This document shows positions 26,881 through 39,720 of a stretch of 64,000 bases of DNA, one piece after another. How positions within the stretch are numbered: position 1 is the stretch's first letter; every line of letters begins with the position of its first letter. The position numbers and the translations under genes are program-made. Origin of the DNA: Eledone cirrhosa (lineage: Eukaryota); NCBI GenBank assembly GCA_964016885.1, contig OZ024743.1:125550001-125614000 (forward strand), in the 5' to 3' direction. The notes beneath the pieces are model-generated. The model did no database searches and was not told the DNA's origin. It saw only the letters and a program-made list of their open reading frames with translations.

Positions 26881-28319
26881 TTCATCACCTGGTTTAAAAC
26901 CACCATCTGGTCCTTAGGTATCTTAGTGGAGTCGATAATTTTGCAAGCATTCAGTTTCAGAATAACATGTTCCCTCTCTCCCTCCCTCCCTCCTGTCTTG
27001 AAGGCCCTGAAAATGGCTATGGGCAGTAAACAGTAAATGATCCAAAAAAAGAATGAGAAAAGAAATGAGGAGGAAAACTCTATATCCTTAGCTAGACAGT
27101 GAATTTCAGCTATGATACCCTCTGGATTAACCATTCCACCTTATGGAGCTCCTTCCTCAAGCTTGATGCCTTCCTCCTGATTTGGCAAAGGAAAATAGTA
27201 AATTAAACTAAACAGTAAAACAAAGTACCAATCTTATTTTTTTCTTCATTGTGTGTATTTCCACCACTCCTTCCAGAGCCATCCAACTTGTGTTGGTGTA
27301 AAGTTTTTACAGAAAGGAGAATATTGCTTTGGTTAATATGATAAAATCTTTCCTTGTTAGAATACTCTCATACATTTTGTCTCCTACTTGTCCAGATTTT
27401 ATCTTCAAAAGAATATTTTTGCTTATCATTGTAGCATAATCAATCTAATCACTTCAAGTCAGATAACAGGTTAATTTTCAGTATAAATATAAGTGAAAAA
27501 AATGACAATCATAAATGGAGCAAATCTTTTATGTTTTGATTTATTTTGGTTTGGTTTGGAAATAGCTGTGCCTGTGTTTTTGCAGCCCGTATGAGATGGG
27601 CAAATTAATGTTGTTTCTTTAGTTTTTCTGTCTCTTGAATTTGTTATGAAAATGTTTGAGAAATACAAATTAAATTATCCCTTAAACCTTTTATTTCTGT
27701 ATTTCTAATGAAAATCACTACCAATTTATTTCAAATAATTTTGAAAATAATGAAAATTTTGGAGGAATAAATATCTAACTTTATCATTAGTAAGCTGGCA
27801 TTTGGAACATAACAATAATTTCTTAAATAAATAAAATTATGATGGGAGGTCTTAATATAAGAAAGAACACTTTAAAATGAGCAGTTTTATAGCATACAAC
27901 CAAGAGTGGTTTGATACAGGTTTTTATCAAAATGGTTAAATGCATCATGAGACAAATAGACAGCAATGATTCCAGGTTAGTCATTGTCAAATACCATATA
28001 TACTTGCAGATAAGTCACAGCCTTTTTACTAAAAGAAAATCAAGGCATGAAAATTGCAGGAACTTTGCTTTAAATTTTGAACTCACAGCACTCATTAATG
28101 TGTGCATGTGCATGCACTCACACACACACACACACGCACGCGCACACACACACAGCAGCAAATTATTCAGTATGTACCATGTACCGAGAGTTTGTCATGT
28201 CCATATGAATATTGGTGCTGTAAATAAATATACATTAATGATATCTTGTGTAAACGCAAAAATGACTTCTATGTGGACAAATTCTGTTTAGTATTCTATT
28301 GGCTAGCTGTAATTTTAAT

Positions 28320-28502
28320 TGTTTCTACTTTTGGCACAAGACCAGCAATTACCCAGTACATTACTGGTACTTTATTTTATCGACCCCGTAAGGATGAAAG
28401 GCAAAGTTAACCTAGGCGGGATTTGAACTCAGAATGGCAAGGGCCGTAACTCTATGCGTCAAAGCATGGCGTCTGACCCTCTACCTATACTGCCAATTCA
28501 CC
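28320..28502 (-). mobile_element. Young full-length tRNA-derived SINE with a Nin/Deu-like central domain
   Basis: A box TGGCAGTATAGG, B box GAGTTCAAATCC, core GCCTTTCATCCTTACGGGGTCGATAAAATAAAGTACCAG, and 18-bp TSD GCTAGCTGTAATTTTAAT (28302-28319 / 28503-28520). Confidence 0.9.
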
Positions 28503-29126
28503 GCTAGCTGTAATTTTAATGCCCATCAGATGCTACATACATTGCCACTCATTTAGGAGTAACAATTTGAAAGCACTGGTTAATCTATTTATTTCAGGCA
28601 TACATTGCTTTGATATATTTATGGTTCCAGAATTCTACTAGACTATATTGGCAATGATTAGGATTATTTTAGTTTTATGTTTTTATAAACAGTATTTAGG
28701 AAAGGTAACATGTAACAACAAATGCCAAAGCCAAAGTATAAATATTTCATGAGTGTGCCCTATATAAAACTTTATACAGTATATGCTGAACAGTTACAAT
28801 TGGAGAGGTTAATAGAGTCTCATGATAAAAGGATAGGCATTCAAATGTAAAAATGCTTCATCATAGAGAAAAAAAATGAAGCAAACATGTTTTCATTCCT
28901 GTATCAGCCTTAGTTAACCATGAGCTATTGATTTTTGGGTTAAGTTTGATTACTATGCTTCTCATTGAAATATGTGAAGGGGTAAAAAAACTGAATTTCA
29001 ATTTAAATTCTCTGAATTATTGATTATAATGACTGACTACAATAAATTACCAATTCCAGCTTGCACCCAATCATGAATAGCGATATGATGATTTTTTTAA
29101 TTCTTTTTTTTCTTTCTGTTTTTCAG

Positions 29127-29255
29127 CAGAGCAATAAAATGGAACCAAATGGACACCATTTTTCACATTCTTCATATAAAACTTATTCTAAAGTTGGTAA
29201 TAATGCACCAAAGACATACGAAGCTGTTCAGTCTGTTACCACAGCACCTGGAGGA
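29127..29255 (+). CDS. MLF: MLF coding exon B (129 nt, phase 0-0)
   Basis: Long polypyrimidine tract with CAGCAG acceptor; donor GGA|GTAAGT. Encodes QSNKMEPNGHHFSHSSYKTYSKVGNNAPKTYEAVQSVTTAPGG, matching the MLF1 segment DPNGHSF..SS..TYSK.G..PP.......APGG. Confidence 0.93.
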
Positions 29256-30716
29256 GTAAGTACACTTTTTTATATAAATATATATATATCTCACAAAAAG
29301 GCAGTTGGTAGTCATTATAACGTTGAATAGAATGCTTCATAATATTCAGTCTGGCTCTCTGCACTCTCAGTTCTTATCTCACCAAAGTCAACTTTACCTT
29401 TCATCCTTTTGAGGTTGATGAATAAAGTACCAGTCCATTTCTGAGATTGATTCTGTCTCTTTCTCTCTTTCTCAGAAAAAGAAGATATGTAGAAATTAGC
29501 TGTGTTCAGCCTTCAAGAGGGATGGGCTCATTACCATATTGCTAATGAAAGACACTGCCTATGTGTTTCAAATAATTTTGAAGATAATCAAAAATTTGGA
29601 AGGATTTAGTAATATAATTAACTTTCTCGTTATTGTGCTAGTGTTTGGAACATAACTTAATAAAGGCTCTATATAATGAAATAACAATTTGATAGGAAAA
29701 ACTGTGCTCATATGTATTGACAAGGTAATTAAGCTTTTTAGGAAGCTAATTGATGCCTGCGGAAGAAATGATGTGCTAGTTTGGTTATGTGATACAAGTT
29801 GACAAAGTGGGAAGTTGCCATGAGCTGATGGCAAGGATATTTAAAGTAGGCATGGCTCTGTGGCTAAAAAGTTCACTTCATAATCACGTGGTTTCAGGTT
29901 TGAACCTACAGTATTGCACCTTGGGCAAGTGTCTTCTTTCTACTGCAGCCTTAAGCTGACCAATGCTTTGTAAGTGAAATTGGGGAACAGAAACATTGTG
30001 TGTGTGTGTGTGTGCAATTTTGGCTTGCATATCTTTGCATTGACAGCAGTGTAGAAAACTGTTAGCATTTGTTTATGTCCCTCTCATAGATCAGCAGTTC
30101 AACATTTGCTCATTAGGATATAAGGAAATATATTTTAATAGATTTCTTTATGTGTTCCAATTTCAGTTAATTATGTGCATTTTAAAATATTGTATTTATC
30201 TAAAACCACCTTTCATCATAATTTTTTTTTAAGAACTTTGTTTAGTTATGTTCCAAACATCAGTTTAATAATGAAAAAATTACTAAATCCCTCCAAATTC
30301 CTGATTATAATCAGTCATTTGAAAATTATAGGCAGTGTTTCATTAAGAATATTCTAACGAAAGGGTTAAAGAGATTTTCAGTGTAATTCAATTGTTATCT
30401 AGTGTCATTTGGTCTAGAAGCCATTACTTTTGTAACTACCTTTTGTGCATATGTAGCTACAATTGCACATTGTGTTTTCTTAAGTGGTGTTCAAGTGACT
30501 GGAATAATCCCAAACTCTAATTAAATATGGCAACCTTTAGCAGCCTTTAATTAATGTATTGGTGTAGGACTTACGTGCAAGAATTTACTCCCTCTACCAG
30601 CACTCACAGCTTATGTCATATTGTTTTGTTTTGTTTTTTTCTTTTTCAATCTGTATATTTAAGGAAAAGCTCTGTTTGAAAAGATGAAGTTAAAACATAA
30701 GAAATTAAATATATAC

Positions 30717-30748
<32 letters not shown>

Positions 30749-30751
<3 letters not shown>

Positions 30752-31863
30752 TCATCATCATCATCATCATCGTTTAACGTCCATATTCCACGCTCGCATG
30801 AGTTTGGACGGGAGTTTTCCCACTTGAGGCAAGAGTGGTTGTCTGGCGGGTTTTCTACGGCTGGATGCCCTTCCCAACACCAACCACATTTACAGTGTGG
30901 AACTGGGAGGTTTTTACCGTGTTACCTACACGGCCACATTACAGCGTGGAGTGTGTGTTTTTTTGTCGTGACACCTACACGACCTTGTTTGTTTCGGGCT
31001 GGATGTTGTGGTACCAACATAACTTTACATTGAAAGGGGTGGTGTGGATGGGGTGGGGGTAGTGGGACGGGGGTGTATTTTGTTAGAGGTGCCTACTGAC
31101 TGTAGTAGGTTTCACTTTGCACTTAGGTAAGGCGGGTCTTCTCTATTACTGTGTAGCGCCAAAGATCTCGGTCCAGTGACATTGTCTTGGAGAGGTGTAA
31201 GTGTGTGAGGTCAGAATTTATCAAGTCGTCCCAGGTTTTTCTGGGTCTGCCTACTCCGTGGCTACCGTCTATTTTTATTGCCCTGCACTTTTTTATACAG
31301 CTGTCGTCTTTCATGCGCATCATGTGACCATACCAACGTAGTCTTCTCTCGAGTAAACAACATCTGATCCCTCTTATTTCTAATTTCTCCCTTAGTTCGT
31401 TTATGCTTTGCCGTTCACGTATATTACTATTACACATCCAGCGGAGTATGCAAGTTTCGTTTCTCTCCAGTCTGCGTATATCCTCTGCACACAATGCCCA
31501 GGTCTCACTGCCATGTAACATTGCTGTTCGTATGCAGGCATCATACAGCCTGCCTTTCATTTTTAGAGAGAACCCTTTAGCGGCCAATAGTGGTATAAGC
31601 TCTCTGAACTTTTTCCATCCCGTTCTGACTCTAGCTACTGTACTTTCAGAGCACCCTTCCCCACTGTTGATTTTGTCACCCAGGTAACGGAAGCTGTCCA
31701 CTATTTCTATAGAACCATCTGTGCAATGGAATGAGTTAGTATTCTGTGGGCACTTGCTGCTACTTATTGCACCAGAGCACCGGCCACATATAAAATCTAT
31801 ATTCTTAATTAGCTTACCTGTGATCCCACTACATCTTTTATGTACCCATACTTTGCATTTGGG
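30749..31863 (-). mobile_element. Young 5'-truncated RTE LINE; open frame 31863-31123 includes a PHD-like Cys/His segment
   Basis: Reads CKVWVHKRCSG...FICGRCSG...VDSFRYLGD...RRLRWYGHMMR...GRPRKTW with no stop. (GAT)n tail next to (TA)n. Confidence 0.95.
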
Positions 31864-32552
31864 ACATATATATATGTATGTGTATGTGTGTGTGTGTGTG
31901 TATAATGTGTCTTCACATTAACACCACTTGGGCAGTCAACAACATTTATTTATGTCCTGCAGCTCAGCAGTTTGATATGTAAAGATCAGTTTTTTAGGGT
32001 CAGCATCAGGCAAGGCATCCAGCCATAGAATACTGCCTCAAAAAGTCTCCTTTGGCTATGATGTCATTACAGCCAAGTGAGACTGACCACTTAGCTATCA
32101 TTTATATACCTTATTTTTCAGCCAGGAGATATAAACAAAGAAACAATTTTTTACGGAGTGTTGTGCAAAATTGAATTTTGAAAGTATGTTAGCTTATTGT
32201 AAGATTCTACAACACAAGTTTATCAAAAATAGACAGAGTCACCTGTTGAAATTTATGTTTAACCACCCTAGAAATGCCTACTTTATTATATATATATATA
32301 AGTGTTTAGAGACTTGGATTCACAATTGTGAGGTTGCAAATTCAATTCTCAAACTGGGCGATGCATTATGTCCTCGAGCAAGATACTTTATTTCAAGTTG
32401 TTCCTTCTGTCAGGAGTTGCAACAAGTAGATTGTATCAGCAACGGAAAGACCAATGGAAACATTGTTTCCTTGGTCCAATTTGATGAGTTCCACCCCTCT
32501 CAATAAGCGAATGAGGTCTGGGATCTTGTCAATTGTTTGTTTTTTTTTTATA

Positions 32553-34202
32553 TCTATATATATAAAACAGAGGATGTCTGTCTGTGTGTCTGTTTCCCTA
32601 AAACTCGAGAAGTACGCAACCGTTTTTTTTTCAAACTTTAAACATGTAACCCATATGGCCCCGGAAGTGTTTTGAGCAAAAAAAAATTTCAAATTATTCT
32701 GACTTAGGGATCGAATTAGTGAAGTGGCCAATGTCTGTACATAATGAGGGAGTGAGAGGGGAGAGAAAGAAACGGAGAGGTGAAGTGAAGAAGTGGCTCT
32801 CTATTCCTCCTCCTTCCCCCTATTCGTCACAGCGTTTTTCGATAGAGGGGAGAAATGTGAACGAGTTACAGAGAGAAAGAGTGAGAGTGAAAGAAACAGA
32901 CAGACTAAAAGAGGGGGATAGCGGGAGAGAGAGAGAGTGACAGACGCCGTCTTTTGAGAGTTGTATGCGTCAAAGATACATGACAGTGGAATAATTATTG
33001 CGTGTGTGTCTGCTTTCCAGCATAGTTACGTCCCTTTACGATCTGAGTTCAAATCCCGCCGAGGTTGACTTTGCCTTTCATCCTTACGGGGTCGATAAAA
33101 TAAAGTACCAGTAATGCACTGGTGTAATTGATGGCCTTGTGCCTAAAGTAGAAACAATTATTTTCATGGTAAAGGCTTTATCTCACATAATATAAAAATC
33201 TCATAGATTTAATATTATTTATTTTGAGAACAATACCTTAACCCTTTAGTATTAATGTGAGTGAGTTATAAAGAGAAAGAGTGAGAGTGAAAGAAACAAA
33301 CTAAAAGATAGCGGGAGAGAGAGAGAGACGCTGGAAGAGGGGAAGGAAAGCTATATGTCTTGCTGTCAGCATTACGATACATATTTATACACACACACAC
33401 AGATAGCGACGTCATAATGACGTAGTGCAGACAGCCAGACATACAGACAGATATTATAAGGGCGCAACGTTATATCTATGTATCTATCTAAAAAGAAAGA
33501 CTAAGAATTATAGAGAGAGATCGCGAAATCGCCTAATGCGGTCCCTAGGGCATTGAAAATTTGAAATATTTTTTGATAAAATCACTCACAGGACCATAAG
33601 TATTACACGTGTAAAGTTTGAAAACAATCGGTTGGGTGGTTCTCAAGTTTTAGTGAGGTGACAGACAGACAGACATTCTCTGTTTTAGAAAAATAGATAT
33701 ATATATAATTATATATTCGTGTACAGATATTTTTGCATACACAATAACAAAATATAAATAAACGTATTTATTTCACGAGGCTCAATAAGGATAAATATAT
33801 ATCAAATATATAAGAAATCTAGAGTAAATCCCGAGTAACGCCAGGCCATTCTGCTAGTATATATATAAAACTGAGGATGTCTATCTGCCTGCATTACGTC
33901 ACTTCCTACAATTCGCTCTGCGTCCAGAACGCGCCCTTATAATATCTGTCTGTATGTCTGGCTGTCTGCTGCCTCCGGTTATTTTGCCACCCTTGCTCAA
34001 AACAAATCTCACACTCATTCCCCAAACAGTTGGTAAGTGCACACAACTTCTTCCTCACGTTTTAAGCCACAGTGTTGCTTACTTACGTACCACCAGACCC
34101 TTACTTCTTTGCCAGCCGTGGTTATGGCAATACTAAGCTTAGCTAAGGCAGTTACATATTTCACAATATCTTATCCCGTGCAATGCCGGGTACCACTGCT
34201 AG
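32553..34202 (+). mobile_element. Tandem non-autonomous Helitron array (32553-33857 and 33858-34202) containing inverted pieces and a SINE
   Basis: 5' (TC)TATATATAAAA starts. 3' hairpin CCCG..AA.GCC.GG followed by CTAG|T at 33857 and 34202. Confidence 0.7.
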
Positions 34203-35074
34203 TACATATATAAAGAAGGGGTAGAAATAGCAGGCAAATCTTCCTCAAAAGAGGGCTGCAGATTACGCTATTTTTCAGGACTGTATGCTGCTATCGTTTT
34301 TAGTTTGAGCTACTTGCTACTTCAGAATATTGTGATCCTGAATACACTATACCTTTAAAATATTGACATAGGACCAAGTTGACTGGTGATATACAAGATT
34401 TGCAACACTAAAAGTAAATGAGGTGGGATACCTGAGGTTAAAGTGTTGGCGGTTGAATGGAGACAATATAGAGTTTGAAAGGACTCTTCAGTCTGGCCTT
34501 GCATGTGACAAACTCTCTAGTGCTGATATCATAATAAAACAAATCCAGCCAACCTTGTAAAATGTTAGTGTTGATGTCATGATAAAATACACCCAGTTGT
34601 GGTGGTGATGGCAGGGGGAGCACTCATTTTGTTCAGCTGAATTAACTGGAGCCAACATGAAATGAAGTACTTTCCTCAAGGACACAATGTGTTGCCAAGT
34701 CTGGGAATCAAGCTCACAATCATGAGCCCAACATCCTAACCACATTGCCTTGAGTAATAAATAATAGAAATCTATTAAAGAATGCTCTTCAGACAAGTCA
34801 ATGGCCTAACAACCTGTGAAGTGTATGCAACATCATAAAATGTTCCTAATACACTGTACAAAATGGTTGGCATTAAAATTGAATGTATGTAAGTGAGACA
34901 TGGATCTTAACCCATCTAGGAGAACAGTAGCTCCAATTAAGTACTGACTTGATCGGGAATGACCCATCCAATCTATGCAAGCATGGAAAAGTGAATGTAA
35001 AATGATGTTGAAGATGATGATATCTTTAAAATCTGTATTTCAAACTATATTTACTGAACCTTTTTTTTATTTAG

Positions 35075-35234
35075 CTGAAACAAACATACAGAACTGTTCG
35101 GGATTCTGAAAAAGGTTTTGATAAAATGGCTGTTGGTCGACACATCAATGACAGGGCATTCATAGAAGAACGAGCCAGACATTCAAGATCGGGTTTTGTA
35201 GAAAGAAACAGTCAGTATGTTAATATGGATGAAA
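35075..35234 (+). CDS. MLF: MLF coding exon C (160 nt, phase 0-1); absent from the ORF track
   Basis: Acceptor ttttatttAG and donor GAAA|GTAAGT. Encodes LKQTYRTVRDSEKGFDKMAVGRHINDRAFIEERARHSRSGFVERNSQYVNMDE, matching the MLF signature RDS..G..KMAIGHHI.DRAH...Q.F.N..E. Confidence 0.95.
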
Positions 35235-37573
35235 GTAAGTATTTTTTTTTGGGGGGGGGGGGTCTTTCCAATTTTTATATTTATTAAACTATGTCTTAAC
35301 ATCCTGTACGACAAGAAACCGCACTTGCATGTCAAAGCAGAACTATGACTACATTACATTAAACATTATTAAAGCCTTTACTGAAATACTACAAATTTTC
35401 ACAATAATCTGTCCACTAATAAAGATGCTATAAACATTTAAAGTAATAAACTCATTTTTTACTATATTCTACTAAATCATTACAGAAGGCTAAGAGTTAA
35501 TTAATCAGTTTATTTATTTATTTTCTTTCATTTTACTTATTCAAGCTATGTGATCAGGGCCTATAAGAAGGGAGTTAAGTTGATACATTGGTTTAGAATC
35601 TGGAAAACAAATGAAGGGCTTGCAAATATTTTAAGTCCCCTCCCCTTCAAAAACATCTAGCAGTATCTGAAGAGCATCAGACAACATCCCTTGCAGCATA
35701 TAGTTACAACCCTTAGGTTCTGAGTTCAAATCTCTCCGAAGTTAGCTTTGCCTTTCATCCTTACAGGGTTGATAAAATAAAGTCCCTGTAACACACTGGC
35801 ATCGATATACACTTCTTTTAAAAAAAATACAAGAACTTTCTAGTAAAAAATGGAATAACAAATATAAATGAATTTTTTCTGTATATTTGAAACTGTTTTT
35901 GCTATGGTTCTCTAATGTTAAACAGTTTGCTCTAAAATTTAAAATAAATCCTTTCAGTCGTTTTTGCTGTTTATTTTTACTCATAACCTTTACTGTGTCT
36001 CAAGTATGGGTTGGTTGGTTAGTTGTAAATTATTGGAACAGCTGTTTTACAGTTAATTACTTTCTTAAATGATTCAACTTAGTGTCCATTTGATATCTTG
36101 GTAGAATGAAGTGAGTAACATACTATGTCTTACTTAAGGATGTAACACAAAGTTTATGATAGGTTTTGAACTCATGGCTCAGTAGTTTCAAGCTTTAACT
36201 ATTTCAACATCACACCTTCATTAAACTATTCAATTTATTTAGTAGTTGCAATTAAACTTTTTGAGTGCCAGTAGGTTTTTGTTTTTTTTTCACTGTCCTG
36301 GCCAGGATTACACATGATTTTTATGTATTTGTCAAAATATTGTTTAAAATAAAGGAGATAATTTAATCAAATTTACTTTATTTACAACAGAGTAGGGAAA
36401 ACTAACAAATTAACAACCTGACAGCATCTCTATTGTTGGTGCCATGATAAAATGCATCCAGTACACTCTGTAAAATGGTTTGTGTTAGCAAGCCATAGCT
36501 CTTGGCCCATATAGGAGGACAGTAACTCTGCTAAAATACTGACTAGGCCTATGACAACCCATCCAACTTATGACAGCATGGAAAAATGAATGTAAAATGC
36601 TGACGATAACAATGATGACTTCATTTGGACTACTTCACAAACTAAACTAAAACATATCAGTATGTCATTGGTATACAAGGGGTGAGAGGTAAAAGATGTA
36701 CCACTACATTTTAGCATTTAGAGTGTTTAAGTCATAAAACTAAGGGTTGGTATTAAATACTGATCTAAGATCTGATATTCTAACTGTTAGATTAACCTAC
36801 CACCCATGTGCTTCTTCAATAGCTTTTTACTTGCTAAATTGTTCATGATACTTATAATTACTGGATACTATTCAAAATGAGTCTTATCAGCATAATTAGT
36901 GTTTGAAACTGAACTCTTAATGATGTTTCTATTACAATATAGCTGCATAAGGTCACCAAAAATTACAACTTGTTGAATGTGATGATTAAATTTTAGTTAT
37001 TAAAGGGCCTTCTGAAAAACTTTTATTAGTCAGGGGTCAATGTTACTCTCAATTTCCATAGTTTTGTATAATAATAGTTTAATTTCTTAGCTATATTATC
37101 CAATAAAAATTGTAGTTTAGTACAGTCCTCTCTAACACTCTATCTTCATACTACTCTGACTATGTTCCACTAAACTATGAAATCAACTGTTTCTACCTAA
37201 AACAATTGAATAGAATTTTTAACCCATTTTGATTCTAACATGCCTTAGACATGCCCGAAATAAGCTCTGGTTCTATAAAACAAAACCACCCATTTCAAAA
37301 GTTACTATTTTAGTAATGAAATAATTAATAATTTTCATAAATCTCTCAAAATTCTTCATTAATAAATTGAAATAGTGTGATTCATTAGGGTTAAATTAAA
37401 GCTGTACATCATAATTTTATATGGAAGAACGTTTTATTAAGTTATATTCCAAATGCTTAGTTAATGGAAAGAAAAGTTATTTATTTTACTAAATCTCTTC
37501 AAATACTCGTAATCTATAAAAAATATGGTCAGTAAAGGGTTAATTATATATTTATATGTTTTCCTCTTCATAG

Positions 37574-37719
37574 GTGATGCAACAAACTTTAGTAAAGAAT
37601 GGCAACAACGTGCAATGAAAACTGGTGTAGAAAGACCTTGGTACAAACCTATTGTTAATAGAAACCCCAGACGGCAAATGGTCACAGAAGGTAAACATAG
37701 AAGAAACTACAGAACATAA
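37574..37719 (+). CDS. MLF: MLF coding exon D with stop codon (exon probably continues to the donor at 37752)
   Basis: Acceptor ttcctcttcatAG; A|GT gives Ser, then DATNFSKEWQQRAMKTGVERPWYKPIVNRNPRRQMVTEGKHRRNYRT*, matching MLF SDA..FD.EW. TAA at 37717-37719; GTG|GTAAAT donor 32 nt later. Confidence 0.9.
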
Positions 37720-37969
37720 AGAGAAACAGCTGATGGATCAAGAACAACGTGGTAAATAACATTTTTTTTAATGATTAATAGATTGGTGGATTTTTGATTA
37801 CTTATTCTTTGCTCTCTCTCTCTTCTTTCACTCACCATCCTTCACATTTGAAACAAAAACAAAGACTGCCCTCTCCCATTTTGTTTTTCATAGTTAAAAA
37901 CTATGTGCGTTGAAGCTTCTAACTCTAGGTTAATTTTTGATATATGTGTGTATATATATATATATATAT

Positions 37970-38725
37970 AAAACTCTCACATGCTTTTCCATATATAAAT
38001 GGATCAATATCTGGGGAGTGTGACCTCTGTAGTACAGAGACTTTGTACATCATAAATAGTAGGCATAAAATTATTAACAAACGCTCTGAAATTTTTAATT
38101 CTTGTTTGCACAAAATTAATAAGACATTTCATAGAGTATATAGTTAAAACTTCAGTTAATAATGTTAAATGGACCACCAAATAATTAATTAAACACTAAT
38201 TAATATATAGATATATTATAACATCAGCATCAAAGTACAAATATCTAAAATTAGAATTAGTATCTAAGTGAATAAAATCTAGTATAAAAAAATAAAAAAT
38301 AGACTAACAGTTCCTATATGCCTTACTATGAATCAAGCAACGAATCTGCTAACTTGATGTAGCCAGTTCACAAGCAGCAACCCCAATTGGAATAACTATC
38401 TCCCACACATATAAGAACTGCTACTTCAGAATTTCGGACATATGATTACTGGTCGGCGAAGCAACTAACGCGTATGACTGGTAACATATCAATGGATATT
38501 TACATCTCGTTTGTATTTTTGTCGGAAGAGAACACGTAGGGCAGTTGTTATACAACTGCCTTACATCTTTGAAATACTTATAACAAAGTAAATAGGAGTG
38601 TACAAATGAAACCGCCTTTCTTGTTTATTATTATAATAAAACTCTGGGTGAACAAAAACTGGAGTGATTAACATCTGTTAAGAAAAAGTCGGCAGATTTT
38701 CAATCAACCAACTTTCTTTAATTGA
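37970..38725 (+). mobile_element. 5'-truncated Penelope-like retroelement (C-terminus of the GIY-YIG region plus pseudo-LTR with hammerhead), inserted in (TA)n
   Basis: Peptide GSISGECDLCSTETLYII...INKRSEIFNSCLHK matches the Penelope C-terminal C.LC..E...I...NKRSE....C.H motif. Flanked on both sides by TA repeats. Confidence 0.8.
38518..38587 (+). ncRNA. Hammerhead ribozyme with mutated core in a Penelope pseudo-LTR
   Basis: TTTGT-CGGAAGA-long stem II (gtagggcagttg ttata caactgccttac)-GAAA-TACTTA-TA^ACAAA. The core has U4 changed to G. Confidence 0.7.
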
Positions 38726-38994
38726 ATATATATATATATATATATTGTACTATATAATTATAAAAACCCTGTTTGTTTACACATATTTCAAAGACTAGAA
38801 TAATAATGGAAATTTTAATGATGGAACAAAAATCAATAACTCCTGGTTAATAACTAGATATTGAAGCAAGTAGATGATCAAACAATATTTTTAATAAAAA
38901 ATACTCAAATTTGAATTCTTCTATTGGGATATGAGCAACAAGAATTTTCTAACAATTAAATAGGTTTATTTACAATAGTTTATAACTTTGCCTA

Positions 38995-39720
38995 TTAATC
39001 CGTATGGTGAGCAAATGGGGTCCCATGTGCTGGCCTTCCCACAGCCCCGGCGGATAGGATGGAGAAGGCGTTTCCCCAGAGGATGGTAAGGGAGATGCGT
39101 GGCTCACATCTGCGGCTGGCTAGCTCAGTGCCTATGGTGGTGAATAGGGAGGTAGCCCTAGAGCCAAGGGTACCACCGTGAACCTGTCGGAGAGCGACTG
39201 GCACTTGGAGAGTTTAGCCTCCTCAGTCCGACGTGCAACAGTACCTGGGTTAGTCGCAGACTGCACCAGGTTGCGGCTGGAGAAAATGTCGCTGCAAATG
39301 GCATCCCAGACGAGGGGTTTGCCACCGCGGAACGGGAAGATGGTCACACGTCTGGCCTTTTGCCATCCCCTTGGTCCAGCCCCACCGGCTCGAGCTAGGA
39401 GGGGAAGCCTACAGCGTCCAAGCCATGCTTAATGACCTCGTTGAGGGCAGCATGGTGTGGAAGGCGGCCGGCAATGTCGTCAAACCTGACGTTGCATATC
39501 TCCTCAGCTGCCGCTCGGAGATGCGTGGCTGTAGCACGGGGCGCTTGCGAAGGGTGTAGAGGAGCTTCGGCATGGTGAAGCAGTTACTCAACAGGAAGAG
39601 AGCTGGGTGGCCGTCGATCAAGCCCAGTCGGCTCGTTAGGGTCTGGAGTTGTTGGAGCCTAGACTTGATGGTGGAGTGGATGGCCAGCAATAATTGAATG
39701 AGAAGGTAGGATTTCAAAGT
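38995..39720 (-). mobile_element. CRE-clade LINE fragment with restriction-like endonuclease
   Basis: TIFPFRGGKPLVWDAICSDIFS...EEAKLSK and RISLTILWGNAFSIL. GC- and CpG-rich, with internal deletions. Confidence 0.8.

Noticed and set aside
38770-38800. Minus-strand half-hammerhead (tcttt GAAA TATGTG TA aacaaa)
   Set aside because: No CUGANGA half upstream; at most a truncated Penelope remnant.
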